A stretch of DNA of 64,000 nucleotides from positions 8,248,001 to 8,312,000 of the forward strand of contig NC_087263.1 in the NCBI RefSeq assembly GCF_037042905.1, read 5' to 3'. A model generated the notes under the pieces. It did not search any database. It had not been told where the DNA came from and saw only the letters and a list, made by a program, of their open reading frames with translations. This document shows positions 50,624 to 64,000 of this stretch, piece after piece. This DNA comes from Lytechinus pictus (taxonomy: Eukaryota). The first letter of the stretch is position 1. Every line of letters begins with the position of its first letter. Position numbers and translations under genes: made by a program.

Positions 50624-51874
50624 TAAGAAGTATTTGCATGAAATGTTAACTTCTGCATGCCTCACTAACGGTGGTTTTCACAATTACTCGTGCGATCGTT
50701 TGCGATCACTTGGTCGCAATATACATGTTTGTTGCACAGAATCACAACGGTTGTAATGTGTCGCACCACCATTGTGAAAGGGGCTTAACTCACACAGTCT
50801 GGTAAAGCCGAATATAAATGGAATGTCGTATGCATAACATGAACCGCCAATCGTCGTTGTGTGCGGAGAGCGATCGTAACAAATAGCCTGAATAAGATTT
50901 GTTTTACTGTGTTCAAAAAGAGATGTGCATCAGAAGATCAACATACACTAAAAGTCGATAAATCCTAAATGACTTCAATTTCAAAAGTGTGGAAAATGGA
51001 TGAGTATTTTCTTTATATTAATTGTAAAATCTGGTGTGTGAGAAGTGAGTGGGAGTGAGCAGCATTTTCGCTTCATGAAACAATTACATTCACATAGGGG
51101 TGTGACTGCGTTACAGGTATCCTCACCAGACACCAGTTGACCTGTGACTGTACATAAGGAGCGTCACACGTGGATAAATATAACATAAATACATGTATCT
51201 CCATCATAATACCTCTTAACGTGCAAAGCGAGTTAATGAGAGGTTATCTCAGGTCAGACTAGCTGGACAACAACATATCCCGCCAGCGGTACGTAACAGG
51301 TGTTTAACAAGTAAGGGGCCTGGTCAGGCGAATTCCTTTGCCGTGGCGGAGATATGTTGTGAGGCCAAATATGGTATTTGTTCGAACATCACGAGGAGGT
51401 GTGGCCAAAAAATGTTGCGTTGCGAATTTTGTATTTTCGGACATCGCAAGGAGGCGTGGCTAAAAAAATGCTACGTCGCGTTAGCTGGCGTGGTAATTTC
51501 GGGAGGGGGCGAAATCCAAATTCTAATAAGTTAGCATTCTTCTTCGTGGAGTCGATCGAAGAGCATCTTTCATCTCAATTCACCTGTTTTGTGCAACATA
51601 CTTCCTGTATTTGTTCCTGTATTAAAAATGTCTTCTAACGGACTCTGTGTCATTGACATATAGACGCTTTCCCTGTTTTGTGAACTTTTTGGTTATCGTT
51701 TTAACCCATTCATATAGATTTTAAAGAACGCTTCGCAGTTGAAAATTTATTTTCTTTATCTGGAAACATATCTGCATATTTGTGTTATCCGTTTGTTGGA
51801 ATTTTCAGTTGTTAGGAGTCACAGTTTGCCCTCAAGACTTTTCAATTTCATCACCACCCCTGCATTATTCCATC

Positions 51875-52970
51875 ATGCCTAAGGTCAAGCCAAGCAAAAG
51901 TCAAATCAGAGGAAATCTACTCGTCGTTCGGTCCGGGATGCCGCCAGCCAGCCTTCTCCTGTCGACCTCGAGACAGACGTCGGCCAAGTTTTTGGTTCTA
52001 CTCAAAGCCCATCTGCTGGAAGTTCGGCGTCGGCGACCAACGGTGAGTTCGGGGCAATGGGGGGTTCCTGGCCTCTTGTGACTTCTCCACAAGATCCGGT
52101 CATTCCCCAAATTCAATCTCAAGCCCCCCCCCCCCTTCTGTCTATCCTACCCCTGTGATTGAGGAGCCTAATACTAATAGTAATACAACAGCCCTCGACC
52201 CTCCCTTTCCTATGCAGCCAGATATGCTTAGCTGCGTGTGTGATGTTTTGGGCGGGGAGGTGCCTTCTAGTGTTAAGGAGAAGATTTGGAAGGGTGAGTT
52301 TGTAGAGTTAGGAGGATTGCTAAAGAGGGAAAGCTTAAGTGAGGAAAATTCCCAGTTGCAGGCCTTCAGCTTTTGTGCCACCGGGTCGGCTTTAATGCTT
52401 CGCCCCCAAAGCAAGGCTCCAGTGATCGCTAGCATAGAGCAATGGACCTCGGCTTTCCTTATTTTTGCGTCCATATACTTAGAGCGACACTGTATGCGTG
52501 CGCGCGAGCTCCTCAAGTATATGGATATCGTTCGCTCTATAGTGCGTTTTGGGGGGTTCAATTGGCGTGCCTATGACACTCAATTTCGGTTACGTCAGGC
52601 CCGACACCCACATCGTTCCTGGGCTGTCATAGACACCAAGCTATGGCTTACAGTAGCCTCGACGCCCGGCCGAGCAGCGTTTTCGTCTTTCGGGGGTAAC
52701 CAGCCCTTTCGGCCATACGACCGGTCGTTTCGACGGGGTAGTGTCCCATTCACAGGATATTTTAATAGACAGGGGGCAATTCGGACCCCTGGCGCCGCGC
52801 CTGCCCCCTCCCGCTCCTCACCCGTCTGTTTCGCCTTTAACGCCGGGTCATGCCAGCGCTCCGCCTGCCGTTATGCACACCGGTGCGGAAAATGCTCCTC
52901 AACAGCGCATGGCTCACACGCCTGCAACTCCGGTAAACAGAAGCCTGGCTCCAACCCCAATTATTCTTAG
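51875..52970 (+). pseudogene. Ngaro gag-like ORF1 (frameshifted 5' part)
   Basis: KEKIWKGEFVELGGLL, WTSAF..ELLKY, NWRAYDTQFR and C-terminal CFAFNAGSC..CRYAHRCGKC..H..C zinc fingers. Confidence 0.85.
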
Positions 52971-54530
52971 CAGCATGCTCCCATTTCTTCGCCGGCACCC
53001 TAATATACGGAATGCGACTTTTCTGATTTCTGGTTTTAGGTTTGGTTTTTCCTTGGGTTTCACAGGCGAGCGTCGCTCTGTGTCCTCGCGTAATCTGAAA
53101 TCTGCTAGGGAGCATAAGGATATGCTGTTGGAGAAAGTTGGTAAGGAAGTTAGTTTAGGGAGAATGTCAGGTCCTTTCCAAGCCCCGCCTTTCGATAACT
53201 TTCGCTGCTCACCGGTAGGGCTCGTCCCCAAGCGAAATCCGGGGGAATTCCGTCTATTCAGCATCTATCTTCTCCTCGCGGGGTTTCGGTTAATGATCAC
53301 ATTGATTCCGATTTATGTTCCGTGAATTACACTTCATTTGACAAGGCGGTTGATCTCGTTGCTCACTTGGGAGTTAATGCTCTCATGGGAAAAACCGATA
53401 TCAAATCCGCTTTTCGTTTACTACCAGTAAATCCCTCCGATTTTGACCTTCTGGGGTTTTGCATCGATGGCGCGTATTACTTTGATAAATGCCTGCCAAT
53501 GGGCTGCTCAATTTCATGTGCCCATTTTGAGCGTTTTAGCACTTTTCTCGAGTCATGTTGCCGCGAAATTGCGAATTCAGAGCAAATTCTGCATTATTTG
53601 GATGATTACTTTTTCGTTGGCGTAACACGACAGGAATGTCGTTCCTTGATGTATCATTTTAAGGCAATGTGCGAGGTGTTCGGCGTGCCGATAGCGGAGG
53701 AGAAGACGGAGGGGCCCGTTCCTATTATCACATTTTTTTTAGGGCTTGAAATCGACGCGGCTGAGCAGAGAGTCCGGGTACCCAAGGAGAAAGTAAACGT
53801 ATAACAGGCAATGCTCATTGATTTTGTTAAGAAAGATAAACTCTCGTTGCGGCAGTTGCAGTCGCTAATTGGCAGCCTCAAGTTTGTGTGTAAAGCCGTG
53901 GCTCCCGGGAGAGCTTTCATAAGGAGACTTATTGATCTTACTAAAGGGGTTCGCACCCCCAACCATCGGATACGGCTTTCGCGCGGCGCGAAAGAGGACA
54001 TGCAGGCCTGGCTTACGTTTCTGTCCGATTTCAATGGCACGGTTATGTTTTCACACTCAACATGGGTAACTAATGCTCATTTTCAGTTCTTTACTGACGC
54101 TGCGGGTAGCATTGGCTTTGGTATATCCTTCCGGGATAAGTGGGCTCAAGGGAGATGGCCAGCTGAAATACTGGAGAAGAATTATTCCATCGCCTTTCTA
54201 GAGCTTTTCCCAATAGTAGTGGGTATACGTATGTGGGGGGCTCTTCTAGCTAATTCTAAGGTCTTATTTTGGTCAGATAATCAAACAGTTGTTCATGTTG
54301 TTAATTCATTAACTTCGAAATGTTCTAGTAAAATTAAACTGGTTCGTTTGCTTGTAATTCTTTGTTTGGAACATAATATCATGTTCAAAGCACGTTACGT
54401 GCCAGGCTCTCGCAATGAAAAGGCTGATGCCCTCTCTCGTTTTCAGATGGACAGATTTCGCAGGTTAGCACCAGGCGCAGATCTGGCTGGCAGCAAACTT
54501 CCCGCCCATCTTTGGAGCAGCTTCATATAG
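52950..54530 (+). pseudogene. Ngaro reverse transcriptase / RNase H
   Basis: SPVGLVPK, KTDIKSAFR, LPMG, YLDD, FTDAA, LELFPI, SDN, ADALSR. Frameshift at ~53256 and premature TAA at 53802-53804. Confidence 0.9.
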
Positions 54531-55432
54531 AGAGAGAGCATCTGTTGTTTTCTTCGCGGGCGCCCGGCACTCATCATACCTATATGAACGCTTGGTCTTT
54601 GTTTAAGCAGTTTCGGCTGCAATATCATTATGATATAAGTATAGGTCCTGACGTTGAGCAGGTCGCTCAATGTATTGCTTATCTCTCCTGGAATGGGTAT
54701 GCGGGGGCAACAATAAGTACATATATTTCAGGCCTGGCTTTTACGATGCAAACATTGGGTTTGCCTAATGTGACTGACGCTTTTGTAATCCGGCGGCTGG
54801 TAGACGGGTGCAGGCGAAAAAATGCTCGCCGTGATACCCGGTGTCCCATAACCCTGCCTATGCTCAAATCCATACTAAATTCATTGACTCACGTATGCGT
54901 TAATACGTATGATTTGGCATTGTTTCGGGCTGCCTTTCTAATCGCTTTCTTTGGTTTTCTTAGAGTAGGGGAGTTCACGTCTCGCTCTAGACATGAACCA
55001 GTTCCTTTATCAGAGAAAGATGTTATTATTCAAGTGATGGATAATCAAGCGAAATTGCGCATTTTGATTGCGAAGTCTAAAACGGATCAAACTAGGCGTG
55101 GATGTTCGATTTTAATTCCACAGAATGTTGTTTCGTATTTATGCCCACTTCGCGCTGTAAATGATTAACTCGCCCTGCGGAGCTCGAGCGGCTCTGCCTT
55201 TTTCCGTCACTTTGACTCGTCCCCCCTAACGGGGCACCAATTCGGCCAAATATTAAAACGTGCCATTAGTTTTTGCGGCTTACCAGTTGCTAATTTCTCT
55301 TCACATTATTTCCGTATTGGGGCGGCAACTTCTGCAGCCATGGCAGGTGTTCCCGATGTTTGCATTCAAAATATGGGTCGCTGGGCTTCCAACACCCACA
55401 GATTGTATATTCGACCACCTCTCCCCCTTTAA
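54512..55432 (+). pseudogene. Ngaro tyrosine recombinase
   Basis: FFGFLRVGE, SKTDQ, CP; in-frame TAA at 55166-55168, then SSHYFRIGAAT..MGRWASNTHRLYIR to the stop at 55432. Confidence 0.9.
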
Positions 55433-57119
55433 TTTAAGCCATTTCGTCAGTAGGTTAATCGCCCTTCTGTTTTAATACAAGTTTGTGCACAATTTAAAGT
55501 AGACCTAATTGTTTCTTTGTTTTGTTATTTTAGATATACCCTTTGGTTAGCAGTAACTATTTAACTTTACTCTCTCTCTCTCTCTCTCATTGTCATGGTG
55601 ACGGCGATGGTTATCTTATCCGTTAATAGCTCTATGGGCACAGGCAGACTTGCTCGCCCAACTGTTAGTAGATTGTGATTTTTGCTACATTTATCACGTT
55701 AATGGAATGTTCCCCCCCCCCCCCCCCCCCTTTAGAATGTGCCATTGCTGCCGCTGTTTCTTTCCTTTTTCTCTTCCATGTGCAGTTATTTTGAGTCTCG
55801 CCGTTGGCTGTGTCAGCATTCCACGGAATCGTACGAGATGAAAGGGGACAATTCACGTTTCACTGACGCGTTCAGTCCCCCAGTAAATGGGGGCGGGGCC
55901 TCACAACTCGACACGTGGTCGGGTTCTACAACTCGATACATCCGCGAACGGAAGGACCCTTGATTTCTTTTTCGCAGGGCGAATTCACAAGAGTAACACT
56001 AGTCCAGATTGGACCTTGTTGTTTGGAAGTGCTTTTTCCCAAAGCTAACATAGAGGGCACATGTCTCCCAATCTCTAATCAGCGCCAATCCACTCATCTT
56101 CCCTCCCCAACAAGGTCCAGTACAAAACTTTGCTGTACCAGAAAAGCTAGGCATCAATCAAACAAGTTACACGGTAGGGGGTCAGGTGCCCTAGTCTCAC
56201 ACACCAAACAAGACACATTTTTACCCAAAACAACTTCACCTCAAACAGGGTGAAAAATGCAAAGTTGTGGGGGTTTTTTTACACTGTAAACATAAGGCTC
56301 CGTGTTCATGCACTTAAAAAATATCTATTCAGCGCCTTCCTCTCTCGCCAAATGATTCCACCCATGAACCAAGTATCAAAGTTTGAATAAGTAGACTACA
56401 CCAGTCACAAGGAGGCAACAGCTGGTAAACATCTCTGGCTCAGGCAGCATCAACAGATCCTGGCCCCCACCCCCATCGTGGTCAATGGGCAGTGGAGGGT
56501 CAGGGGAAACCAGACCAGTGGCCTACAGGTACGACTAGTCTCTTGTACCATACTTTTGCCTCCACTCAAATACAAGTTTACCCCCAAGGACGATGAAAAT
56601 ACACAGATGTGACCGATGTTCAACAGAATAGACATATACCACCATGATAATTTGATATTCACATTTTGTTCTATTGAAATGTTTTTCCTCTTACCCAATG
56701 ATTTCATCAGTGGAATAAGTATTACAGTTTATAAGACTAGACTATGAAAACCAGGACCCTGTTGCTTCCATGAAATGACCTCCTGACCTCCATGATGAGG
56801 GGCAGTCAGTGTAATGCAATACATACATGCATGGAGCTAAGTTGTTTCAAATGTATTGATGAGTTTGTTACTCCGCCATAATTGGGTACTGAGTTCCTAT
56901 ACGGGTTATTTCCAATTCGTCTAATGCTAATTTGTCCATTTGCAAACTGTTTATTTGATCTACCATCAGTTCGTCCTCTCACCACATGGTCTACTTTAAT
57001 TTAGTTTAATGTCATTCCGTCTAATGACCAGTTGGCCAATAGCCATTAAGTCCATTTACCATTTGGTCTAATTAGACTAATTTGTTGTGCAAAATGAATG
57101 AAAATAAAATGGAAATTAA

Positions 57120-57730
57120 AGGTCAAGTCTACCTCAGAAAAAAAATGATTAGAATCAATAGAGAAAAATCAGACAAGCCCAATGCTGAAAATTTTATCAA
57201 AATCGGATGTAAAATAAGAAAGTTATGACATTTAAAAGTTTCGCTTATTTTTCACAAAATAGTTATATGAACGAGTCAGTTACATCCAAATGAGAGAGTT
57301 GATGATGTCACTCACTCACTATTTCTTTTGTTTTTTATTGTTTGAATTATAAAATATTTCATTTTTTTACGAAATTGACAATTAGGACCTCCTTGCATGC
57401 CTGAACCACAAAATGTTCAAATAATGGAATTCCACGTGTTCAGGGAGGAATGAAACTTCATTTCACATGACAATGACGAGAAAATCAAAATATTTCATAT
57501 AATAGAATATAATAGAAATAGTGAGTGAGTGATGTCATCAGTTCCCTCATTTGCATACCAACCGAGATGTGCGGCATATAACTGTTTTGTGAAATGAAGT
57601 GAAACTTTAAAATGTCATAACTTCTTATTTCACATCCGATTTTGATGAAATTTTCAGTGTTTTTTTATGCATGCTTGTTGGATTTTTCTCTTTTTATTCA
57701 AATCAAGTTTTTGTTGGGATGGACTTGACC
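57120..57730. mobile_element. Kolobok-like MITE
   Basis: ttaa-AGGTCAAGTC..GACTTGACC, internally palindromic. Confidence 0.75.
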
Positions 57731-58609
57731 AAATCAAATGGGTTTTTTTATCAAGAAATTGAAAATTATGAAAATTCCGGCAAGTACCAATTGTGTTCAA
57801 ATTTGATAAACTTCATCCTTCCTTGAGCTATTCAATTTGATGGACAATTGTATATTAAGTTAGCAAGTATATCTAACAGTAACAGTTAAAAAAAAAATTG
57901 AAAATATAATTGTTAATGTTTAGTATTCTAAAAATGTTGAGAAAATGTTGCAATGGTATCTTACTAATGTAACAAGTGAATCTTTTCAAAATTTTAATGT
58001 GCTTTCAAGGTGAAGTTCATCTCTACAACTTTATCCCATAAAATAGTTTATCATATTCTAATACTATCCTTATCTTAAACCTATCATTCTATATCTACAC
58101 CTATCCACTGAAACCTGCCATTGATTCCTATATATGAGACGACTCTCCGATACCTGGCAGAATACATTTAATAACAATTTTTCTATATATATATATATAT
58201 ATATACCTTAAAATTTCACCTATGAATGATCTATTTAATGAATTAATAATATGTTAATCAGGCTCCATACTTTTGTGAAACTTTCAACAGGTACGTAAAC
58301 ATAGTCACGTATATATAAGCTGAAATTTTGGTCATTCTCTGGCTAATGAATATGTCCAGATGGCCAAACGTTTTCCCAACGTTGAATGTTTCCCAACCAT
58401 GCCAACGTTGGCATAACGTAATTGTTCGAACAACTACATTCCAACGTTGTACCATCGTCACAATTACTATTTTGACTGTTAAAGTCAAGATGTTGTTGTT
58501 TGGTTTTTAGCAGCGCTCACAAAAATAGTATATGCGCCAATCAAAATTATTCTATCATATAAAAAAAAAATATTTTATTATTTTCAGTAGATTTGGCCTT
58601 ATAATTTAA

Positions 58610-59208
58610 AGGACAAGTCCACCCCAACAAAAAGCTGATTGGAATAGAAAGAGAATAATCAAACAAACATAACACTGAAAATTTCATCAAAATCGGATGT
58701 AAAATAAGAAAGTTATAACATTTTTAAGTTTCGCTTAATTTTTCAAAACAGTTATATGCACATCCTGGTCGGCATGCAAATGAGGGGACCGATGACATCA
58801 TCCACTCACTATTTCTTTTGTATTTTATTATATGAAATATGAAATATTTTTATTTTATCGTCATTGTCATGTGAAACAAAGTCTCATTCCTCCCTGAACT
58901 TCCATTATTTTAACATTTTGTGGTTCAAGCAAGGGGATCCTAATTGTCGAATTCGTAAAAATTGAAATATTGTATTATTCAAACAATAAAAAGCAAAAGA
59001 AATACTAGTAGTGAGTGAGTGACATCATCGACTCTCTCATTTGCATATTACTGAGTTGAGCATAGAACTGTTTTGTGAAAAATAAGCGAAACTTAAAAAT
59101 GTCATAACTTTCTTATTTTACATCCGATTTTGACGAAGTTTTCAGCGTTATTTATGTTTGAGTTCTCTATTTATTCAAATCAACCTTTTTCTGGGGTGGA
59201 CTTGACCT
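58610..59208. mobile_element. Kolobok-like MITE with TTAA TSD
   Basis: TTAA|AGGACAAGTCCACCCC..GGGGTGGACTTGACCT|TTAA. Confidence 0.85.
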
Positions 59209-59943
59209 TTAAGATTTGAGAGGTATAAGGCCGTTCATTGGATAGAAGAGATTTCGCAAGCGCACGCAAGCTTTGTTACACTTAAATACAAGTTAAAAAT
59301 ATGGTATAACTCGAAAAAAATATCAACATCATTTCGCATTTGCAAACACCAGATGAAGGCGGAAAGTGCATTGCAATTTTTATAACAATAATGGTGATGT
59401 CTATGAAGTATAAGACATGTCTGAAATGATCAAAAGTATAGTTTTGCATCATCATGATTCATCTGTCGGGCCTGGTGCCCTCCTGTTGCTGCCCCGTTCA
59501 TATCCAAATTATATTATAAAAACGATTAAAAAAATGAGTTCAGTATTTTGTTTCAACATTTTGGGAAAACAAAAGAAAAAACATTTTTCAAGAATGTTTA
59601 ACTAAAACATTTTGAGAACATATTTTCATATTTTTTATAGAACCTTTAATGCTATTATCATTAAATTTTACCAAAGTTTTAAGATAGTATTTTTTATATC
59701 TAATTACCGTAATTATAGAGATATTATAGTAAAATGTTATTTTGTTTCTTAAAATTATGATATCATAAAAACATCAAAATATGAATGTTTGATGTACAAT
59801 TCATTAGTACTTCAGGAAAACATTAGAAAACCTTTTTTTTTTCAAAAATGTTTAGTTATTTAAAAAAATATATATATTATCATAATTTTGTGGGAAAGTT
59901 TGTTATTGTCACACCCATGGCATGATAATTATTCGTTTCTTAA

Positions 59944-60524
59944 AGGACAAGTCCACCCCATAAAAAGTTGATTTGAATATGAAGAGAAAAAATCCAACAA
60001 GAATAATAGTGAAAAATTAAATCAAAATCAGAAAGTTATGACATTTTAAAGTCTCGCTTTATAATTTTCACAAAACAGTTATATTCACATCTTGGACAGG
60101 TATGCAAATGAGGGGACTGATGACATCACTCACTATTTCTTTTCTATATTATTATATGAAATATTGAATATTCCAATTATATCCCTGTTGTCCTGTGAAA
60201 CAAAGTTTTGTTCCTCCCTGAACATGTGGTATTACCCTTGTTTTAACAATTTATGGTTCGATCAATTCGGTCCTTATTGTCAAATCTGTAAAAATTGAAA
60301 TGCATTTTATAATTCACACAATATCATACAAAAAATGGTGAGTGAGGGACATCAACTCTCTCATTTGCATGTCCGAGTCGTGCATATAACTGTTTTGTGA
60401 AAAATAATGGAAACTTCGTAACTTTCTCATTTTACTTCAGATTTTGATGAAATTTTCACCGTTGTGCTTGTTAGAGTTTTTCGCTATTTATTTAAAAAAA
60501 AAAATTATGGGATGGACTTGTCCT
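59944..60524. mobile_element. Kolobok-like MITE with TTAA TSD
   Basis: TTAA|AGGACAAGTCCA..TGGACTTGTCCT|TTAA. Confidence 0.85.
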
Positions 60525-61049
60525 TTAAAAATGATATCATAAAAATGTCAAAATTAGGATGTTTCTGATTCATTTTTCAAACATTTTTTTTAAACATTGG
60601 AAAAGCATTTCTAAAAATAAGTTTTGTTAAAACATTTGAGAAGCATAATCATAATCATGACATTTCGAGAATGATGTTTTATGTTATTGTCATATTCTAC
60701 CAACATTATTTTTTTCACATAATGTATAACATTATAAAAACGATGATAGTAAAATGAATTTATTTCTTAAATGATCAGATGATGTTGTATCATAAATATG
60801 TATTAAAACAATATTTTCTCTCTTTTTTTAGTGAAAATACTATAAAGCAGTTTCAGTTATGACATTCTAAGAACGTTTGATGTCATTGATATGATACTAG
60901 TATTACAACCTTTTAAAACTAGCTCATCAATGATGTGGAGCTCATCCAGCATCTCGCAACGATATTTAACACAATTTTAATTTCAGCCCAGTTGACGTCA
61001 CTGTAGTGAATTATATTGGTGACATAAATTGAGGATATAGAATTGAAAT

Positions 61050-62095
61050 TGATGAAGAAATTACATAGAAGCTTTTTTGTGATCTATGAATAAATTTTAT
61101 ATAAATTAGCATGAATAATTTTCTAGTCAACATTTCTAAACTCTGTGTAAAACCTTGGTGAACCTCATGTAGCTCTCAGATGGAACAAAAATAATCAACA
61201 AATAAATAAGTTATTTTTTTTAGTTGAAAATATACAAATAACTTAGCATATTTCATGAGTTTCAAAATTCTGTGTTGAAATTTTGTATCACCACCTAAAG
61301 CGATCATATAAAGCAAAGAAAATTAAAATTGATCAACAAATGATGTACAGGTTTGGTGAACCTCATGCAGATCTACCAGATGGAAAAAAAATCAAAATCG
61401 GTCAACAAATAAGAAGACGCATTTCCTGTTGATTTATGAATAAATTTCGCATGAATTAGCATAAAATTTTTCCTAGTCAAAATGTCAAAATTCTGTGTAG
61501 AAATTTGGTGAACCTCATGAAATGCTACCAAAAGGAAGCCGAAATAGGTCAACAAATAACGAAGGAGAAGCATTCTTTTGTGAATTTTGAAAAATGCGCA
61601 TAAATTAGCATATTTAATGAGTTTCAAAATTCTGTGTAGAAGGTTTGAATCCCCCACCTAATGCTATCATTTTAAAAGCAAACAGAATTAAAATCAGACT
61701 TGAAATGACGAAGCGGGCAGCATTTTGAAATTCAGTCAACAAATAAAGAAGAGGCATTTTCCGGCTCTAATTTATGAATTTCGCATAAGTTAGCATAAAT
61801 AATTTTCTACTCCGGCCAAATTTCAAAATTTTGAATACAAGTTTGGTGACCTTCATGAAGCTCTACCAGATGGAAGCAAACAATTCAAAATCGGTCAACT
61901 AATTAAGAAGAAGCATTTTTTGTGAATTTTGAAAAATGCGCATAAATTAGCATATTTAATGAGTTTCAAAATTCTATGAAGAAGTTTTGAATCCCCTACC
62001 TAGTGCTATCATATAAAGCAAACAGAATTGATTCCGGACTAGAAATGGCGAAGAAGAAGCATTGCTCATCTAGCCCTTTGGGCCGGATGAGTTAA
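61050..62095. repeat. Degenerate tandem repeat with GCATAAATTAGCATA and TTGGTGAACCTCATG motifs
   Basis: 61570-61710 recurs at 61905-62050; the motifs recur every ~150-350 bp. Confidence 0.7.
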
Positions 62096-64000
62096 AAATC
62101 ATAGATCCCAATAACTTTATCAAAATTTCAGCAAAATGCAAAAAAATGTTAAAATTATACTACTAAAAATAAGGATGTTTCTAATACATTTTAAAATATT
62201 TTTGGAAATTATATTTCAAAAATGTTTTGTTGAACGGTTGATGTTATTGTCATAATATTCTTACAACATTTTTAAAATGTTTATTTTACATCAAATATAA
62301 CCTTACAAAAATGTTAGTAGTATTATCAAGTTTCTGAAAAAAATTATATTCATATCATCATAAAATATTGAAAAACATGTTAATGATACATTTAATTAAC
62401 GCTTTTGAAAAATATTAGGATTTTTTTTTTCAAGAACGTTAAGTCAAAATGATACATAAACATATAGTTTCATAACATTTATTATCACATCCAATGTACG
62501 TCCATGTATATAACATTATAAAATTGTATGTCTGTTTTGTTTCTCAACAATTTATGTTAAAATTATCAGGATGTTTCTAATATATTTTTTAAAGTTAACA
62601 TTTTGGAAAACACTTGAAAACATTTTTCAAGAATGCTTTGTTGAGATGTTGTAAAACCATATTTCATATCGATCATTTCATTTCAAGTATTCTAACAACA
62701 TTTTCAAAATGCTATTTTTACATCCAATTCATGTACATGTAGATGTCAATAAAATGTTATTGTGTTCCTATCAAAATGTTAATTCAATATGCAAAAACGG
62801 CAAAATTATCATGTATCTAATATATTTAAGAAAATCATAACATTATCAAAAATGTTTTGTCGAAATATTTTGAAAACAAACATGACTTTTTTATCATCAT
62901 CATAGTCATAACATCGAACGTTTGAAAAAAAAATATTCGCATTAATTATGTAACATTATAAAAACGTTAGAAAAATATCATTTGTGTCTTAAGAATGTTT
63001 TTTTTCATCAACTATGGGTAAAGATCTATGTCACATTAAGGAAAATATATCTGCTTGGCATCATAATATTAACGTTTATTTCATGTTTAACATCAGGGGA
63101 ATATTGTTTCATTAATGTTATACAAATGTTCTTAAAAAAATTCTTTTGAAAGCATTTCTAGGATCTTTCATGAATGTTATTATAGTTAGCTGGGTATGGA
63201 CATGGATGTCCATAGTATGGAATACACTGCAAACACATGCATATCAAACCATGTCCAAACCATGTATATACAAAAACCACTGACTGCCCCTTATCATGGA
63301 GGTCAGGAGGTCATTTCATGGAAGCAACAGGGTCCTGGTTTTCGTAGTCTAGTCTTATAAACTGTAATACCTATTCCACTGATGAAATCATTGGGTAAGA
63401 GGAAAAACATTTCAATAGAACAAAATGTGAATATCAAATTATCATGGTGGTATATGTCTATTCTGTTGAACATCGGTCACATCTGTGTATTTTCATCGTC
63501 CTTGGGGGTAAACTTGTATTTGAGTGGAGGCAAAAGTATGGTACAAGAGACTAGTCGTACCTGTAGGCCACTGGTCTGGTTTCCCCTGACCCTCCACTGC
63601 CCATTGACCACGATAGGGGTGGGGGCCAGGATCTGTTGATGCTGCCTGAGCCAGAGATGTTTACCAGCTGTTGCCTCCTTGTGACTGGTGTAGTCTATTT
63701 ATTCAAACTTTGATACTTGGTTCATGGGTGGAATCATTTGGCGAGAGAGAAAGGCGCTGAATAGATATTTTTAAGTGCATGAACACGGAGCCTTATGTTT
63801 ACAGTGTAAAAAAAACCCCACAACTTTGCATTTTTCACCCTGTTTGAGGTGAAGTTGTTTTGGGTAAAAATGTGTCTTGTTTGGTGTGTGAGACTAGGGC
63901 ACCTGACCCCCTACCGTGTAACTTGTTTGATTGATGCCTAGCTTTTCTGGTACAGCAAAGTTTTGTACTGGACCTTGTTGGGGAGGGAAGATGAGTGGAT

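Larger units (their letters stand above)
51300..55950 (+). mobile_element. Degenerate Ngaro-type (DIRS order) tyrosine-recombinase retrotransposon; boundaries approximate
   Basis: Overlapping gag, RT/RNase H and YR frames, no DDE integrase, no methyltransferase seen. Split direct repeats not located in the window. Confidence 0.88.
56088..64000. mobile_element. Second long-TIR element; arms 56088-56811 and 63278-64000, continuing past the window
   Basis: At least 720 bp of near-perfect inverted repeat. Mirrored 85-aa ORFs 56450-56707 (-) and 63382-63639 (+) differ at one residue. Confidence 0.88.

Noticed and set aside
56450..56707. 85-aa ORF present twice (also 63382-63639)
   Set aside because: The duplication is explained by the inverted repeat and the peptide has no recognisable domain.

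Overview
AT-rich, repeat-dense animal genomic DNA. The repeat content suggests an echinoderm, probably a sea urchin (inference). The backbone is a + strand, multi-exon receptor-type protein tyrosine phosphatase gene (3 EGF-like, Ig-like, FN3, TM, one PTP domain, Tyr-motif tail; exons 8798-45931, 5' exons not seen). The exon leading into the catalytic HC motif is split by a 22.9-kb foldback DNA element (22005-44863, 6-bp TSD TCCCAG, termini TATGG..CCATA). Each arm of that element carries a dead 3-exon THAP gene pointing inward. Also present: a young Mag/SURL-type Gypsy LTR retrotransposon (2639-8293) whose gag-pol ORF is broken only by a 551-bp MITE; a 2-kb non-autonomous Transib element with RSS-like ends (48330-50341); a degenerate Ngaro/DIRS tyrosine-recombinase retrotransposon (~51300-55950); a second long inverted repeat that runs off the window end (56088-64000); an RFX X-box tandem array (1-1800); a tRNA-derived SINE; and many MITEs. 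All calls were read by eye, with no database search.
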